Positions 8,243-16,470 of a stretch of 64,000 bases of DNA are shown here, one piece after another. The notes under the pieces were generated by a model. It did no database searches, was not told the origin of the DNA, and saw nothing but the letters and a program-made list of their open reading frames with translations. This DNA comes from Bacteroidales bacterium. Its GTDB lineage: Bacteria > Bacteroidota > Bacteroidia > Bacteroidales > F082. The stretch covers positions 84,516 through 148,515 of the forward strand of contig JAEFAE010000003.1 of assembly GCA_016291135.1 (NCBI GenBank), written 5' to 3'. Every line of letters starts with the position of its first letter. Position 1 is the stretch's first letter. The translations under genes were made by a program, and so were the position numbers.

Positions 8243-9406
8243 ATGGCTGGAATAGACCCTACACCGGAATTGTTCAAGTTGTATTCTGACGAGGACCAAA
8301 GCGCCGTTTTGAATAAGAAATCATTGGAGATCAATGATCTTCAAAAACAGGCCGATCAGCTCTCCGCAGACATCGATAGGCGTCAACATAACCTTGACAT
8401 GAAGTATGACTCGATGAATCGATCCGGCTATACGGTCAAGGATGGGGAACTGACTGAAGAAAGCACCTTTCTCGAACGTGTGGGAAGTGGAATAATGGAC
8501 GGTTATGCGGAACAACGAGGAGGGGAGAATGTGTACGCACTCAATGATATTGGAGTCACAGGGATGGTAATTTATGATGATTCCAAAATAACTGAGGAAA
8601 AGGAGTCTTTACAAGCTATTAACTCGGAGTTGGGACAAAAGCAGGCCTCATACAATACGCTGTCAAGTGCAGTAGGAGCGCCTCAGGATCAAGATGCGCT
8701 TGATTCCGAGCTGACGAATCTCTATAAATCGCAATTGGATTTACGGGACGAGTTTTTGGCAAATGACGCAGCCATACAACGTAAGGAAAACGCCATTAAT
8801 CAATTAAACAAGATTCTATGGTCAAGTACCAGCAAGTTAGAAAAGGAAAAGAAGGCCCTCGAAAACAGGCAAAATGAAATCCTCGCAGCGTATAATGCCA
8901 ACTCCGAGATGTTGATGAAGGCCGCTGAGTTCCTTACGGAAGATGAGCTCAAAAGGTTCATAGAGCTTGACAAATACATGTCTAAAAAAGCAGGAAAACC
9001 GGTAGGTTCTCAAACAATTCCACCGCCACCGCCACCACCACCTAAGCCAGCGCCTTCGGTTCCTATCGTCCAGCGATTTGTCACGGCCGGAGCCAAGTTG
9101 CAGTGTTCTTTCGGCGCAGCTTGTACCTTGAATGTGAACCGTCCCATGACCTTGTTGGAGAATGCGCCCATGGCGAATATCATGGATTTTGCGCCTTTTA
9201 CTTGTATTGTGCCCACCGGTACCTGTTCGGCACCCTCCAACCCAGCGGTGGTGGCTGCGATGGGTTCTCCCGTACCATGTACTCCTTTGATTGTTGCTCC
9301 GTGGGCTGTGGGGAAACCCGATGTATTGGTGGAAAATTTTCCTGCCTTGTTGAGCACCGATAAGTGTTTCTGTGCCTATGGGGGGGTCATATCAATCATG
9401 CCCTAA
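8243..9406 (+). CDS. Coiled-coil, poly-proline and C-terminal DUF4280 (PAAR-like) protein
   Basis: 387-aa ORF. About 250 aa are coiled-coil-like N-terminal sequence. The linker is PPPPPPPPKPAPSVP (9020-9055). The C-terminal ~115 aa match the DUF4280 pattern (GAKLQCSFG...FAPFTCI...PCTP...APW...C.CAYGG.I) and are paralogous to the stand-alone protein at 33654-34034. Confidence 0.7.
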   Translation: MAGIDPTPELFKLYSDEDQSAVLNKKSLEINDLQKQADQLSADIDRRQHNLDMKYDSMNRSGYTVKDGELTEESTFLERVGSGIMDGYAEQRGGENVYALNDIGVTGMVIYDDSKITEEKESLQAINSELGQKQASYNTLSSAVGAPQDQDALDSELTNLYKSQLDLRDEFLANDAAIQRKENAINQLNKILWSSTSKLEKEKKALENRQNEILAAYNANSEMLMKAAEFLTEDELKRFIELDKYMSKKAGKPVGSQTIPPPPPPPPKPAPSVPIVQRFVTAGAKLQCSFGAACTLNVNRPMTLLENAPMANIMDFAPFTCIVPTGTCSAPSNPAVVAAMGSPVPCTPLIVAPWAVGKPDVLVENFPALLSTDKCFCAYGGVISIMP

Positions 9407-9417
9407 TTATTGTTGTT

Positions 9418-10563
9418 ATGAAGTGGAAACCCAAACAAGACCTATCTAAAGTGGTTGTGGTGAACACCACCCTGCTGGCCGATTTCGACGCGGAACGTTG
9501 CCGTTTCTGTGGCCGCTATGGCTGCACCGACCGGGGTGTCACCCTCACCGTGGGCGACCCACCGGTGACCATCGGCGAAGCTCAATGGGCCCGACAACTC
9601 AACGACAAGTTGGCACAATGCATCGAGGCAAAGAAAGACGATCTTCCACTGTGCTATATCGACTATCAAGAACACCATTGTGTCAGGAAAACCAAAAAGA
9701 GTATCCTGCAAGGGATCCTTCAAAGAATAAAAGCCTGCGGCCCCGACTGCCAACGCAACCTGAACTGCGGCACCTACGGCGGCGTGTGGACGGAACGCGC
9801 TCCGGAGTATCACTGCCCGCATCGGGAAACAGAACTTACCATCTGTGAAAGAAACTGTGAACTTGACGGCGGTCCTTTGGTCTGTATCCCCGATGACCGC
9901 TATGGCCTGACGGACTGCGAGTTCCATGAGGAGGCTTACCGTCGGTGCTTCAAGCGGAAAGAAGGGGAGCCCTGCTATGACTTGAAAGTGAAATATGGGC
10001 TGGATCCTAAAAACGATTACCTGTTCATGCTGGCCCACCGCTTCAGTGCGGCACCCTGCCGCCATTGCGACGAGGGCACCTGCAAGAACGAGTCGAGCAT
10101 GCATTTCGATGGCATCTGTAGCCTCAAGGGATTGATGGCCACCTGCGACCATTATGAGGCGGTGCCGCCCGATCATGCCTATACCGAAGGGGTTTGCGTG
10201 TATGTGGGTAGCGCCGACGGCAAGGATGACCGTAAGATCTTCAATACCTCGGACTACGCGTCGGACCTCTCGAAAACCCAACGTGTCACCTTATGTACCG
10301 CTTGCCGCATCAGCCACAGCATCGCCAAAGCCACGGGACTGAAATGCCTCGGGGTGCGACGCGTGGCCAGCAACCCATGGCTCAACGAAGCCAACCCCCT
10401 GCATGACCATGCCATGCAGATCAACTATATGTACCTGACCCATCCCGAGGATGTGGCCAAGTACCAACCCGATATCATTGCCCAGGCCGTTTATGACGGC
10501 ATCATCCTTAACTGCCACGGCTTGGGATGCGAAGAAATAAAAGAATGTAAGTTTAATCAATAA
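9418..10563 (+). CDS. Cysteine-rich protein of unknown function (possible T6SS cargo or accessory protein)
   Basis: 381 aa counted from the first ATG (MKWKPKQ...); the track ORF begins at an upstream GTG. I count about 28 Cys, including CRFCGRYGC and CRHCDEGTC. No signal peptide or TM segment. It lies in the variable region downstream of vgrG and the PAAR-like gene. Confidence 0.5.
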   Translation: MKWKPKQDLSKVVVVNTTLLADFDAERCRFCGRYGCTDRGVTLTVGDPPVTIGEAQWARQLNDKLAQCIEAKKDDLPLCYIDYQEHHCVRKTKKSILQGILQRIKACGPDCQRNLNCGTYGGVWTERAPEYHCPHRETELTICERNCELDGGPLVCIPDDRYGLTDCEFHEEAYRRCFKRKEGEPCYDLKVKYGLDPKNDYLFMLAHRFSAAPCRHCDEGTCKNESSMHFDGICSLKGLMATCDHYEAVPPDHAYTEGVCVYVGSADGKDDRKIFNTSDYASDLSKTQRVTLCTACRISHSIAKATGLKCLGVRRVASNPWLNEANPLHDHAMQINYMYLTHPEDVAKYQPDIIAQAVYDGIILNCHGLGCEEIKECKFNQ

Positions 10564-10568
10564 TAGCT

Positions 10569-13064
10569 ATGCCAGGCGTTTCACAAAATACAGGATCATC
10601 CTCAAGCGGCGGTGGAGGCAACAACAGCTCCTCCTCCGACTCCTCCGAAAAAGAGGTGAAGAAATGTATCGTGAGATTCTTCCCCTGTGATGGATGGAAA
10701 GGCGAGTACGGCTTTGACTGGTTCCGTACCGAAGACGACCCCATCCGCGAAGAAGTGGATGAGGAAGGGACCAAGGCATCCGCTTACTACGACTGTATCG
10801 GGAAATATACCGGCGGGAAGGTGCGGGATCTGGTCCTTACCTATGCCAAAGAAGGGGAGATTGTGGAACGCAAGTCCGAAACCCGCGACTCGGACGCCCT
10901 GGTCTTCAGCGAGGTTTCCAATGACGTCCATTTCGCCACCTATTACCTTGATAACTACAAACTGAGAATCCCGGTGGTGAAAGAAGGGGAGAAATATTAC
11001 TATTTTTACTATGTCCCGGAAAAGGGTGATGAGAAAGAAGTGCAGTTCAGATACAATCATTATGATAAGAAAAAGGAGCTGTACTATGATAGTTTTTTTG
11101 AGATCGAATACAAGGGCAAGTCGTTGAAAAAACTTACCCTAAAAACAACCAAAGAGGTAGAGAACTCAAAGGGCGAGTCCTATATGGTGGATTATATCGC
11201 GACTTTCGGACCGGGCGACAAACTCAAAGCGAAATCCAAAGAGATACAAAAAAGATACCATGCGGATTCCAAACTGATCGACCGGATTTACAATTGTGAG
11301 ATGATGTTTGAACAGTCCTTGAATGCCCATCCTAGTATTACCTATGTGAAGGTGACACCACACTCTTATAAGAAGTTGGAAGTGCATCTGAAGCATGGTG
11401 AAAAGACAGTCACGCAGACGTTCGAGTTCGAAAACCGCAAATTGTACTCCTTTTTGCAACGTACTGACGATGAGGCTGAGCATTCCGTTGACATCGTCGC
11501 TGGAATGGGCTATGACAGGGCCAAGAAAAAGGCAGAGAAAGAGGGGGTGGACGAAGGCCTGTTGGACCCGGATACCACGCTGGGTTATCTTCCCGATATT
11601 GACGGCGTGGTCTCTGGCATGATTACCATCCACAACGCGGAAGGACAGAAGGGCGACCTCAACGTGACCAAGGAAATGGTGGACGGTGAGGAAGTGCTCA
11701 CCGCTACCGTTGAGGGGGGAGGAGACGAGCAATACGTGTTGCATCCCTACTGGAAGGACTATTACAACGGAAGAGGCTTTACCTATAAATTGGATAGCGA
11801 CTCCCAACACCTCAGACATTACTATTTCTATCCCACCTTGAACCTGTCCTATTTCAAGGGGATGGGGGACTACTCCGAATTCAAGAAAGAGGCAAAAATC
11901 CAAGTCGTCATTGATGGCGAGTATGACGAGATTACGCTGGAACCCACGAACGACAATATCGAAGTCAGCCCGAAAACCCTCAAAGGCAATGGGACCGTGA
12001 CGGTGAAAGTGAAAGGGGATACCTACCAAGATGGTCAGAAATACACCTGGAGCGAACCTGAAATCAACGCTCTGTCGGAAGGTGTCATGGTGGGCAAATT
12101 GAAAATGATGGTGTTCAACGATTTCCCGGCGGAGGCGCTCAACAACTGTCTCGACATCGTCAATGTAGGCTTGAAAGCCAGTACCTATTCGTCGGAAGAG
12201 GACGGTATTCACATGAATCACGATCTGAAATGCCCCACCGAGGCCTCCCTGAAAACCCAACGAAGGTACAATCTCGATAACGAGCAGTTCAAGCAGCTGT
12301 TGGCGCAAGCAGGAGTGCGTTTCAAGGAAGTGACCACGGACAAAAACATTGCACTGGAGTATGAGATTGTTATGGAAGCCGAAGAAGGAGGGGTTTCGTC
12401 CTATGACATCAGTGCGACGGAGATGGATATGGTGACAGGAGTGGTTGTGCCTGAGGTGCCGTACCACTATTTGGATTTTGTACATAGTGCCAGAATGTTC
12501 GAGCGGTACAATATCCCCAATGAAAAGTTTGAAAACGCGAGGACTTTCTTTTCAGACGCGGTGGAAACCCAACAACGTCCTACCCTGAAGGAGTATATCG
12601 ACCGGCGCGTGGTCAGTGTGTTTTATACCATCGCCGATCATCTGAGGGTGTACCTGGTGGACCAGTTCCTGACGAATGATAAGGAAGGGAAGGACCACCG
12701 TTATTATGATGAATATACGGACCATCAACAAGAGAGTGCCCTGGTGTTTATCAAATCGGTGGATGCAAACAACCACGCGAAAAGCAATGTGGTTGCCCAC
12801 TCCATATTCAAAGCCATCAAGCTGAAGGATTTGTTCAACAACTACAACGATTTCACCTTCAAGACAGGCACTACCACCAACATCATGGACTCCAGCCAAA
12901 TTAGGTATTCCATGATGCCTTTCCAATGGGTTGATTTCCATTTGGCCGTGCTGAACGACTTCAAGTATGAGATCCCCGTGATGCGACGTGACCATACTTT
13001 GGCCATGATCGAAGAACATACTACCCCAACCGATGAAGAAGGAGATACCAATTTTTCACTATGA
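10569..13064 (+). CDS. Large soluble protein, candidate T6SS effector (no recognisable catalytic domain)
   Basis: 831-aa ORF with an N-terminal Gly/Ser-rich stretch (SSSSGGGGNNSSSSDSS) followed by CIVRFFPCDGWKGEYGFDWFR. No TM segment or signal peptide. The position in the variable region and the 4-nt ATGA overlap with a small downstream ORF fit an effector/immunity arrangement. The function is an inference. Confidence 0.4.
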   Translation: MPGVSQNTGSSSSGGGGNNSSSSDSSEKEVKKCIVRFFPCDGWKGEYGFDWFRTEDDPIREEVDEEGTKASAYYDCIGKYTGGKVRDLVLTYAKEGEIVERKSETRDSDALVFSEVSNDVHFATYYLDNYKLRIPVVKEGEKYYYFYYVPEKGDEKEVQFRYNHYDKKKELYYDSFFEIEYKGKSLKKLTLKTTKEVENSKGESYMVDYIATFGPGDKLKAKSKEIQKRYHADSKLIDRIYNCEMMFEQSLNAHPSITYVKVTPHSYKKLEVHLKHGEKTVTQTFEFENRKLYSFLQRTDDEAEHSVDIVAGMGYDRAKKKAEKEGVDEGLLDPDTTLGYLPDIDGVVSGMITIHNAEGQKGDLNVTKEMVDGEEVLTATVEGGGDEQYVLHPYWKDYYNGRGFTYKLDSDSQHLRHYYFYPTLNLSYFKGMGDYSEFKKEAKIQVVIDGEYDEITLEPTNDNIEVSPKTLKGNGTVTVKVKGDTYQDGQKYTWSEPEINALSEGVMVGKLKMMVFNDFPAEALNNCLDIVNVGLKASTYSSEEDGIHMNHDLKCPTEASLKTQRRYNLDNEQFKQLLAQAGVRFKEVTTDKNIALEYEIVMEAEEGGVSSYDISATEMDMVTGVVVPEVPYHYLDFVHSARMFERYNIPNEKFENARTFFSDAVETQQRPTLKEYIDRRVVSVFYTIADHLRVYLVDQFLTNDKEGKDHRYYDEYTDHQQESALVFIKSVDANNHAKSNVVAHSIFKAIKLKDLFNNYNDFTFKTGTTTNIMDSSQIRYSMMPFQWVDFHLAVLNDFKYEIPVMRRDHTLAMIEEHTTPTDEEGDTNFSL

Positions 13065-13561
13065 ACGGATTTGATGTTTTTACATACGAACAATACTTTG
13101 CCCAAGGCAAGTGCATGATACGGGAGGGTTCCAACGTCTTGTCGCTCTTCGAGACGAAAGACGCCTACGGGAAACTCATCATCCCGGATGACCCGGAGAT
13201 GGTATGCCAACAACTCATGTACGATCCCGAAACACTTACCCTGATTGAGGAGGGGACGTTTCTGAAAGACTTCAACATCCCCATCGGCGTGTGGAAAAAC
13301 TATGACCTGGAGGGCAATGTAATCGATGAGGAAGACATGGACAAGGACTATCCGGTCAAATGGAACGACCTGAAGGGAATCATGCTCGCCAATGACATCC
13401 ATCTCGATGACGTACAGGAACTGCTTCGGAAGCCCAATGCGGAAAAACAACCCGTCTGGATCCTCAAAATGAAGACCAAGCACGGGATCCGCGAGATCAT
13501 TACCGTCGATGCCGTGAACGGCGATATCATTGAAAGAAAGAAAACCAGTATCAAAGGCTAA
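13061..13561 (+). CDS. Small protein translationally coupled to the 831-aa ORF (candidate immunity or accessory protein)
   Basis: 166-aa ORF whose ATG overlaps the upstream stop (ATGA). No signal peptide. The C-terminal ...IREIITVDAVNGDIIERKK loosely resembles a PepSY-type ending. Confidence 0.4.
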   Translation: MNGFDVFTYEQYFAQGKCMIREGSNVLSLFETKDAYGKLIIPDDPEMVCQQLMYDPETLTLIEEGTFLKDFNIPIGVWKNYDLEGNVIDEEDMDKDYPVKWNDLKGIMLANDIHLDDVQELLRKPNAEKQPVWILKMKTKHGIREIITVDAVNGDIIERKKTSIKG

Positions 13562-13565
13562 AACG

Positions 13566-14054
13566 ATGAATTATATATTTAATAAAAAAGATCGGTTCTA
13601 CGACTATTTTCCCCATATTCCTCCTATGATGTTGAAGAGGGAATTCGGTATGGATTTTTTTGAGCAGACATTGTTCAAACAACAACTGCAACGCGTGATC
13701 GTTCAGGTTTATAAAAGGTTGATTGATGTGCATGACCTGAAACATGTGAACGTGTATCCTAAGATCGGGGATGAGTTTGACCGGAATTTTTATAACGAAC
13801 TGAAACAAAACGTGCAGTTGCAGCTGCGAAACACGAATTTCTGGGATATCCTGGACGATACTATCAAGAAAAAGGATTTTGAATCGGAACAAGATATGCA
13901 AAGTTTCCTGACACGAGTGTTGGCAATGATTGGCATCGGCATTTCAAGATATACGCATGGCTCTATCAAGAGAATTGCTTTCATCGCCCTGTTTAACCAT
14001 GATTTTGATAAACTCTCTGGACAAGAAATACTATATTTGTCGGAAATAAACTAG
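13566..14054 (+). CDS. Hypothetical protein, AT-rich orphan ORF
   Basis: 162 aa from the first ATG after the upstream stop (MNYIFNKKDRFY...). It is markedly AT-richer than its neighbours. No recognisable motifs. Confidence 0.45.
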   Translation: MNYIFNKKDRFYDYFPHIPPMMLKREFGMDFFEQTLFKQQLQRVIVQVYKRLIDVHDLKHVNVYPKIGDEFDRNFYNELKQNVQLQLRNTNFWDILDDTIKKKDFESEQDMQSFLTRVLAMIGIGISRYTHGSIKRIAFIALFNHDFDKLSGQEILYLSEIN

Positions 14055-14118
14055 GAAACAATAGATATAATAATAGATACAATAATAATATGGAATTCAA
14101 TATCAAAATCTATACACT

Positions 14119-15468
14119 ATGAAAAAGTTCTTCCTATTTGCAATGCTGCTGATGGCAACGGCTGCCATGAATGCAGCGACCACACCGAAAGCCATGCTCG
14201 ATGGGGATTCCACCTTCTACATCGAAATCGCGCCCCGCATTCCGCATGGAGTCGTCCTCACCGAACCGACGGAGTTCGCCATGGCCGGAGAGCGTGTATC
14301 TATTCTCGTCGATCCGGAAAACGGCTATCAGCTGCTGTGGGTCAGTGTGACCAAGCAGGGCGACCAGAGCCAGACCGTTCCGGTCAACAACATGGCCTTT
14401 ACGATGCCTCAGTTTAACGTCTATGTCGATGCGGCCTTTGGCGTGATTGGGAATGGTCCGGTCATCAATGGCCAGATTGCGGCCCCCGCGGCCATTTGTG
14501 CGGGAAGCGCCCTTGTCCTGACTCCGCCTGAGGTTACCGGTGCCACACAGACGCAGTGGCAAATCTCCTCGGACAAGAACTTCACCTCTTACGAGGTGTA
14601 TACCAACCAACCCCTCGGCCGCAGCTACAATGGGTGGAAGCTCCGTTTTATGGCTTCCAACAGCGCCGGTACGGTCTATAGCAACACGGTCACCATCACG
14701 GTCAACAACCTGGGTGACTTGAGCCTCACGGGTGACTTGAGTGCCTGTACCCGTCAGGAAAGCAACTATGCGGTTGCAGGTGCCAGCAACGTGACGTATT
14801 CTTGGGAAGTGACAGACGAAAACGCCACCATCGAGGGGACGGGCAAATCCGTCAAGATCCTGTGGGGTACTGCCGGACGCCAAGTGGTGACGGTCACCGT
14901 TGAGGATACCAAGATCGGTTGTAGCGAGACCCTCGAGATGCAGGTGGCCGTACAGTCGTTCATCAAGGATACCGACCTGAACAACATCGTGGCCAAGAAA
15001 CACGAAGGCAAGGAATACATCCTGATCTATCCCAACCCCAAGGATTCCCATTATCGCTACCAGTGGTTCAAGGACGGTGAACCGATCCAAGGTGCCACCG
15101 GTCAGTATTACTATCCGGAGCGCGGCTTGGAGGCGGGCGCCTACCAAGTCTATATCAGCTTCAATACCGACGACAACGGCAACCTGATTTGCGGTGCCTT
15201 CACTCCGGTGTTCAACCTGACTCCCGAGCGCTCGGCTTTCCAGATCCAACCCAACCCGTCGGAAACCGGCCAGGAGCTGATCCTTGAGGCCGACATCGAA
15301 GGGGAGGCCTTCTTCACGGTCTTCACCCTTGACGGCAGAATGGTCTTCCAACAGGCCGTTTCGGGTCAACAGCCCACCGTCCAGCTTAACCTGGCCAAGG
15401 GTCTCTATATCGGTCGTCTCAGCCAAGGGGACGCCTCCGAGCAAGTAGCCAAGATTGTCATTAGATAA
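14119..15468 (+). CDS. Secreted Ig-like repeat protein with a T9SS C-terminal sorting domain
   Basis: 449-aa ORF with a signal peptide (MKKFFLFAMLLMATAAMNAATT). The last ~75 aa (FQIQPNPSETGQELILEADIEGEAFFTVFTLDGRMVFQQAV...LAKGLYIGRLS...KIVIR) fit the Por/T9SS type A CTD pattern. Confidence 0.7.
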   Translation: MKKFFLFAMLLMATAAMNAATTPKAMLDGDSTFYIEIAPRIPHGVVLTEPTEFAMAGERVSILVDPENGYQLLWVSVTKQGDQSQTVPVNNMAFTMPQFNVYVDAAFGVIGNGPVINGQIAAPAAICAGSALVLTPPEVTGATQTQWQISSDKNFTSYEVYTNQPLGRSYNGWKLRFMASNSAGTVYSNTVTITVNNLGDLSLTGDLSACTRQESNYAVAGASNVTYSWEVTDENATIEGTGKSVKILWGTAGRQVVTVTVEDTKIGCSETLEMQVAVQSFIKDTDLNNIVAKKHEGKEYILIYPNPKDSHYRYQWFKDGEPIQGATGQYYYPERGLEAGAYQVYISFNTDDNGNLICGAFTPVFNLTPERSAFQIQPNPSETGQELILEADIEGEAFFTVFTLDGRMVFQQAVSGQQPTVQLNLAKGLYIGRLSQGDASEQVAKIVIR

Positions 15469-15511
15469 AAATCGATAAATATATAGTAATTAATATAAAA
15501 AAAGTATTATC

Positions 15512-15826
15512 ATGGAAGATTTCTTTTTATTCTTGAGGTACAAGAACAAAACCATCAAGTTCAAAGTCACCGACCCCAACACGGATCTTGAAGTGCTGAT
15601 GACCAACCTTCGCAAGGCTGTTGACAACACGGGAACCCGTATCTTCGACCTGCCCGAGATGATCGACTATGTTCCTACCGAGTATTTCTTCGGCAAGAAG
15701 GACGAGACTACAGGCCGCGACATCATTTTGCAGCCCAAGATCGGCAAGACCAAGAAGACCTTGCTCGACTACAACGTCAAGCCGGGCGACACCCTCGAAA
15801 TCATCTCAGACCCCATCGCGGGTTAA
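15512..15826 (+). CDS. Ubiquitin-like (beta-grasp) protein ending in Gly-stop, copy 1
   Basis: 104-aa ORF ending ...GDTLEIISDPIAG followed directly by TAA. It lies immediately upstream of an E2-like gene and in the same operon as the E1, JAB and RING proteins. By my hand alignment it shares 61 of 104 identical residues with the equal-length paralog at 34097-34411. Confidence 0.7.
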   Translation: MEDFFLFLRYKNKTIKFKVTDPNTDLEVLMTNLRKAVDNTGTRIFDLPEMIDYVPTEYFFGKKDETTGRDIILQPKIGKTKKTLLDYNVKPGDTLEIISDPIAG

Positions 15827-15860
15827 TTAACGGATTGTGGTACCTTAATACGTACGCCTT

Positions 15861-16463
15861 ATGCAAATCATGGAATCAGCAAGGGAGATCGACCAGTACA
15901 AACAGAACCGCTATGTGGGACGGAACCGTCGTCTGATGCACGAATGGTCCGCCATCGACCAGCGTTTCAAGGACGATCCCGACATCAGCTACATCATCCG
16001 TAAACGCAATCCTGAGAACCTGCCCACCCAATATGAGATTGTCTTCAAGGTGAAGTCGTTCTGCAACATCGAGGAACCGGACGAGAACGGGCTCTGCAAG
16101 CCGGTGACGGCCGACGAGTTCCGCATGAAGATCACCATCCCGAACAACTATCCGGCGGTCGACAGCAAGCTGGAGTTCAAGTTCATCACCAAGGACGACC
16201 AGGGCAACGAGATCCCGCATCCTTGGCATCCCAACATCCGCTTCTACGGCGACTTTGCCGGTCGTGTGTGCCTCAACACGCCTGCCTGCGGTACCTTTAC
16301 CGACCTGGCATGGTATGTCGATCGCGTGATGTCTTATCTCAAATACGAGAAATACCACGCCTTGAACACGCCTCCCTTCCCGGAGGACAACAAAGTGGCC
16401 GAGTGGATCCTTGAACAGGCGGAACCCAACGGCTGGATTGAACAATTAAGAAACGAAAAATAA
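15861..16463 (+). CDS. UBC-fold E2-like ubiquitin-conjugating enzyme
   Basis: 200-aa ORF containing PWHPNIRFYGDFAGRVCLN. This is the HPN motif (16227-16235) followed by the candidate catalytic Cys (codon 16269-16271) at the spacing seen in eukaryotic E2s (HPN-x(n)-G-x-[IV]-C-L). Confidence 0.75.
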   Translation: MQIMESAREIDQYKQNRYVGRNRRLMHEWSAIDQRFKDDPDISYIIRKRNPENLPTQYEIVFKVKSFCNIEEPDENGLCKPVTADEFRMKITIPNNYPAVDSKLEFKFITKDDQGNEIPHPWHPNIRFYGDFAGRVCLNTPACGTFTDLAWYVDRVMSYLKYEKYHALNTPPFPEDNKVAEWILEQAEPNGWIEQLRNEK

Positions 16464-16470
16464 CAATGCC

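Noticed and set aside
8228-8245. Shine-Dalgarno-like AGGAG upstream of 8243 and of 30142 (AAGGAG).
   Set aside because: Bacteroidota generally do not rely on SD pairing, and most genes here have AT-rich (A)GTATT-ATG contexts instead. Two occurrences are compatible with chance.
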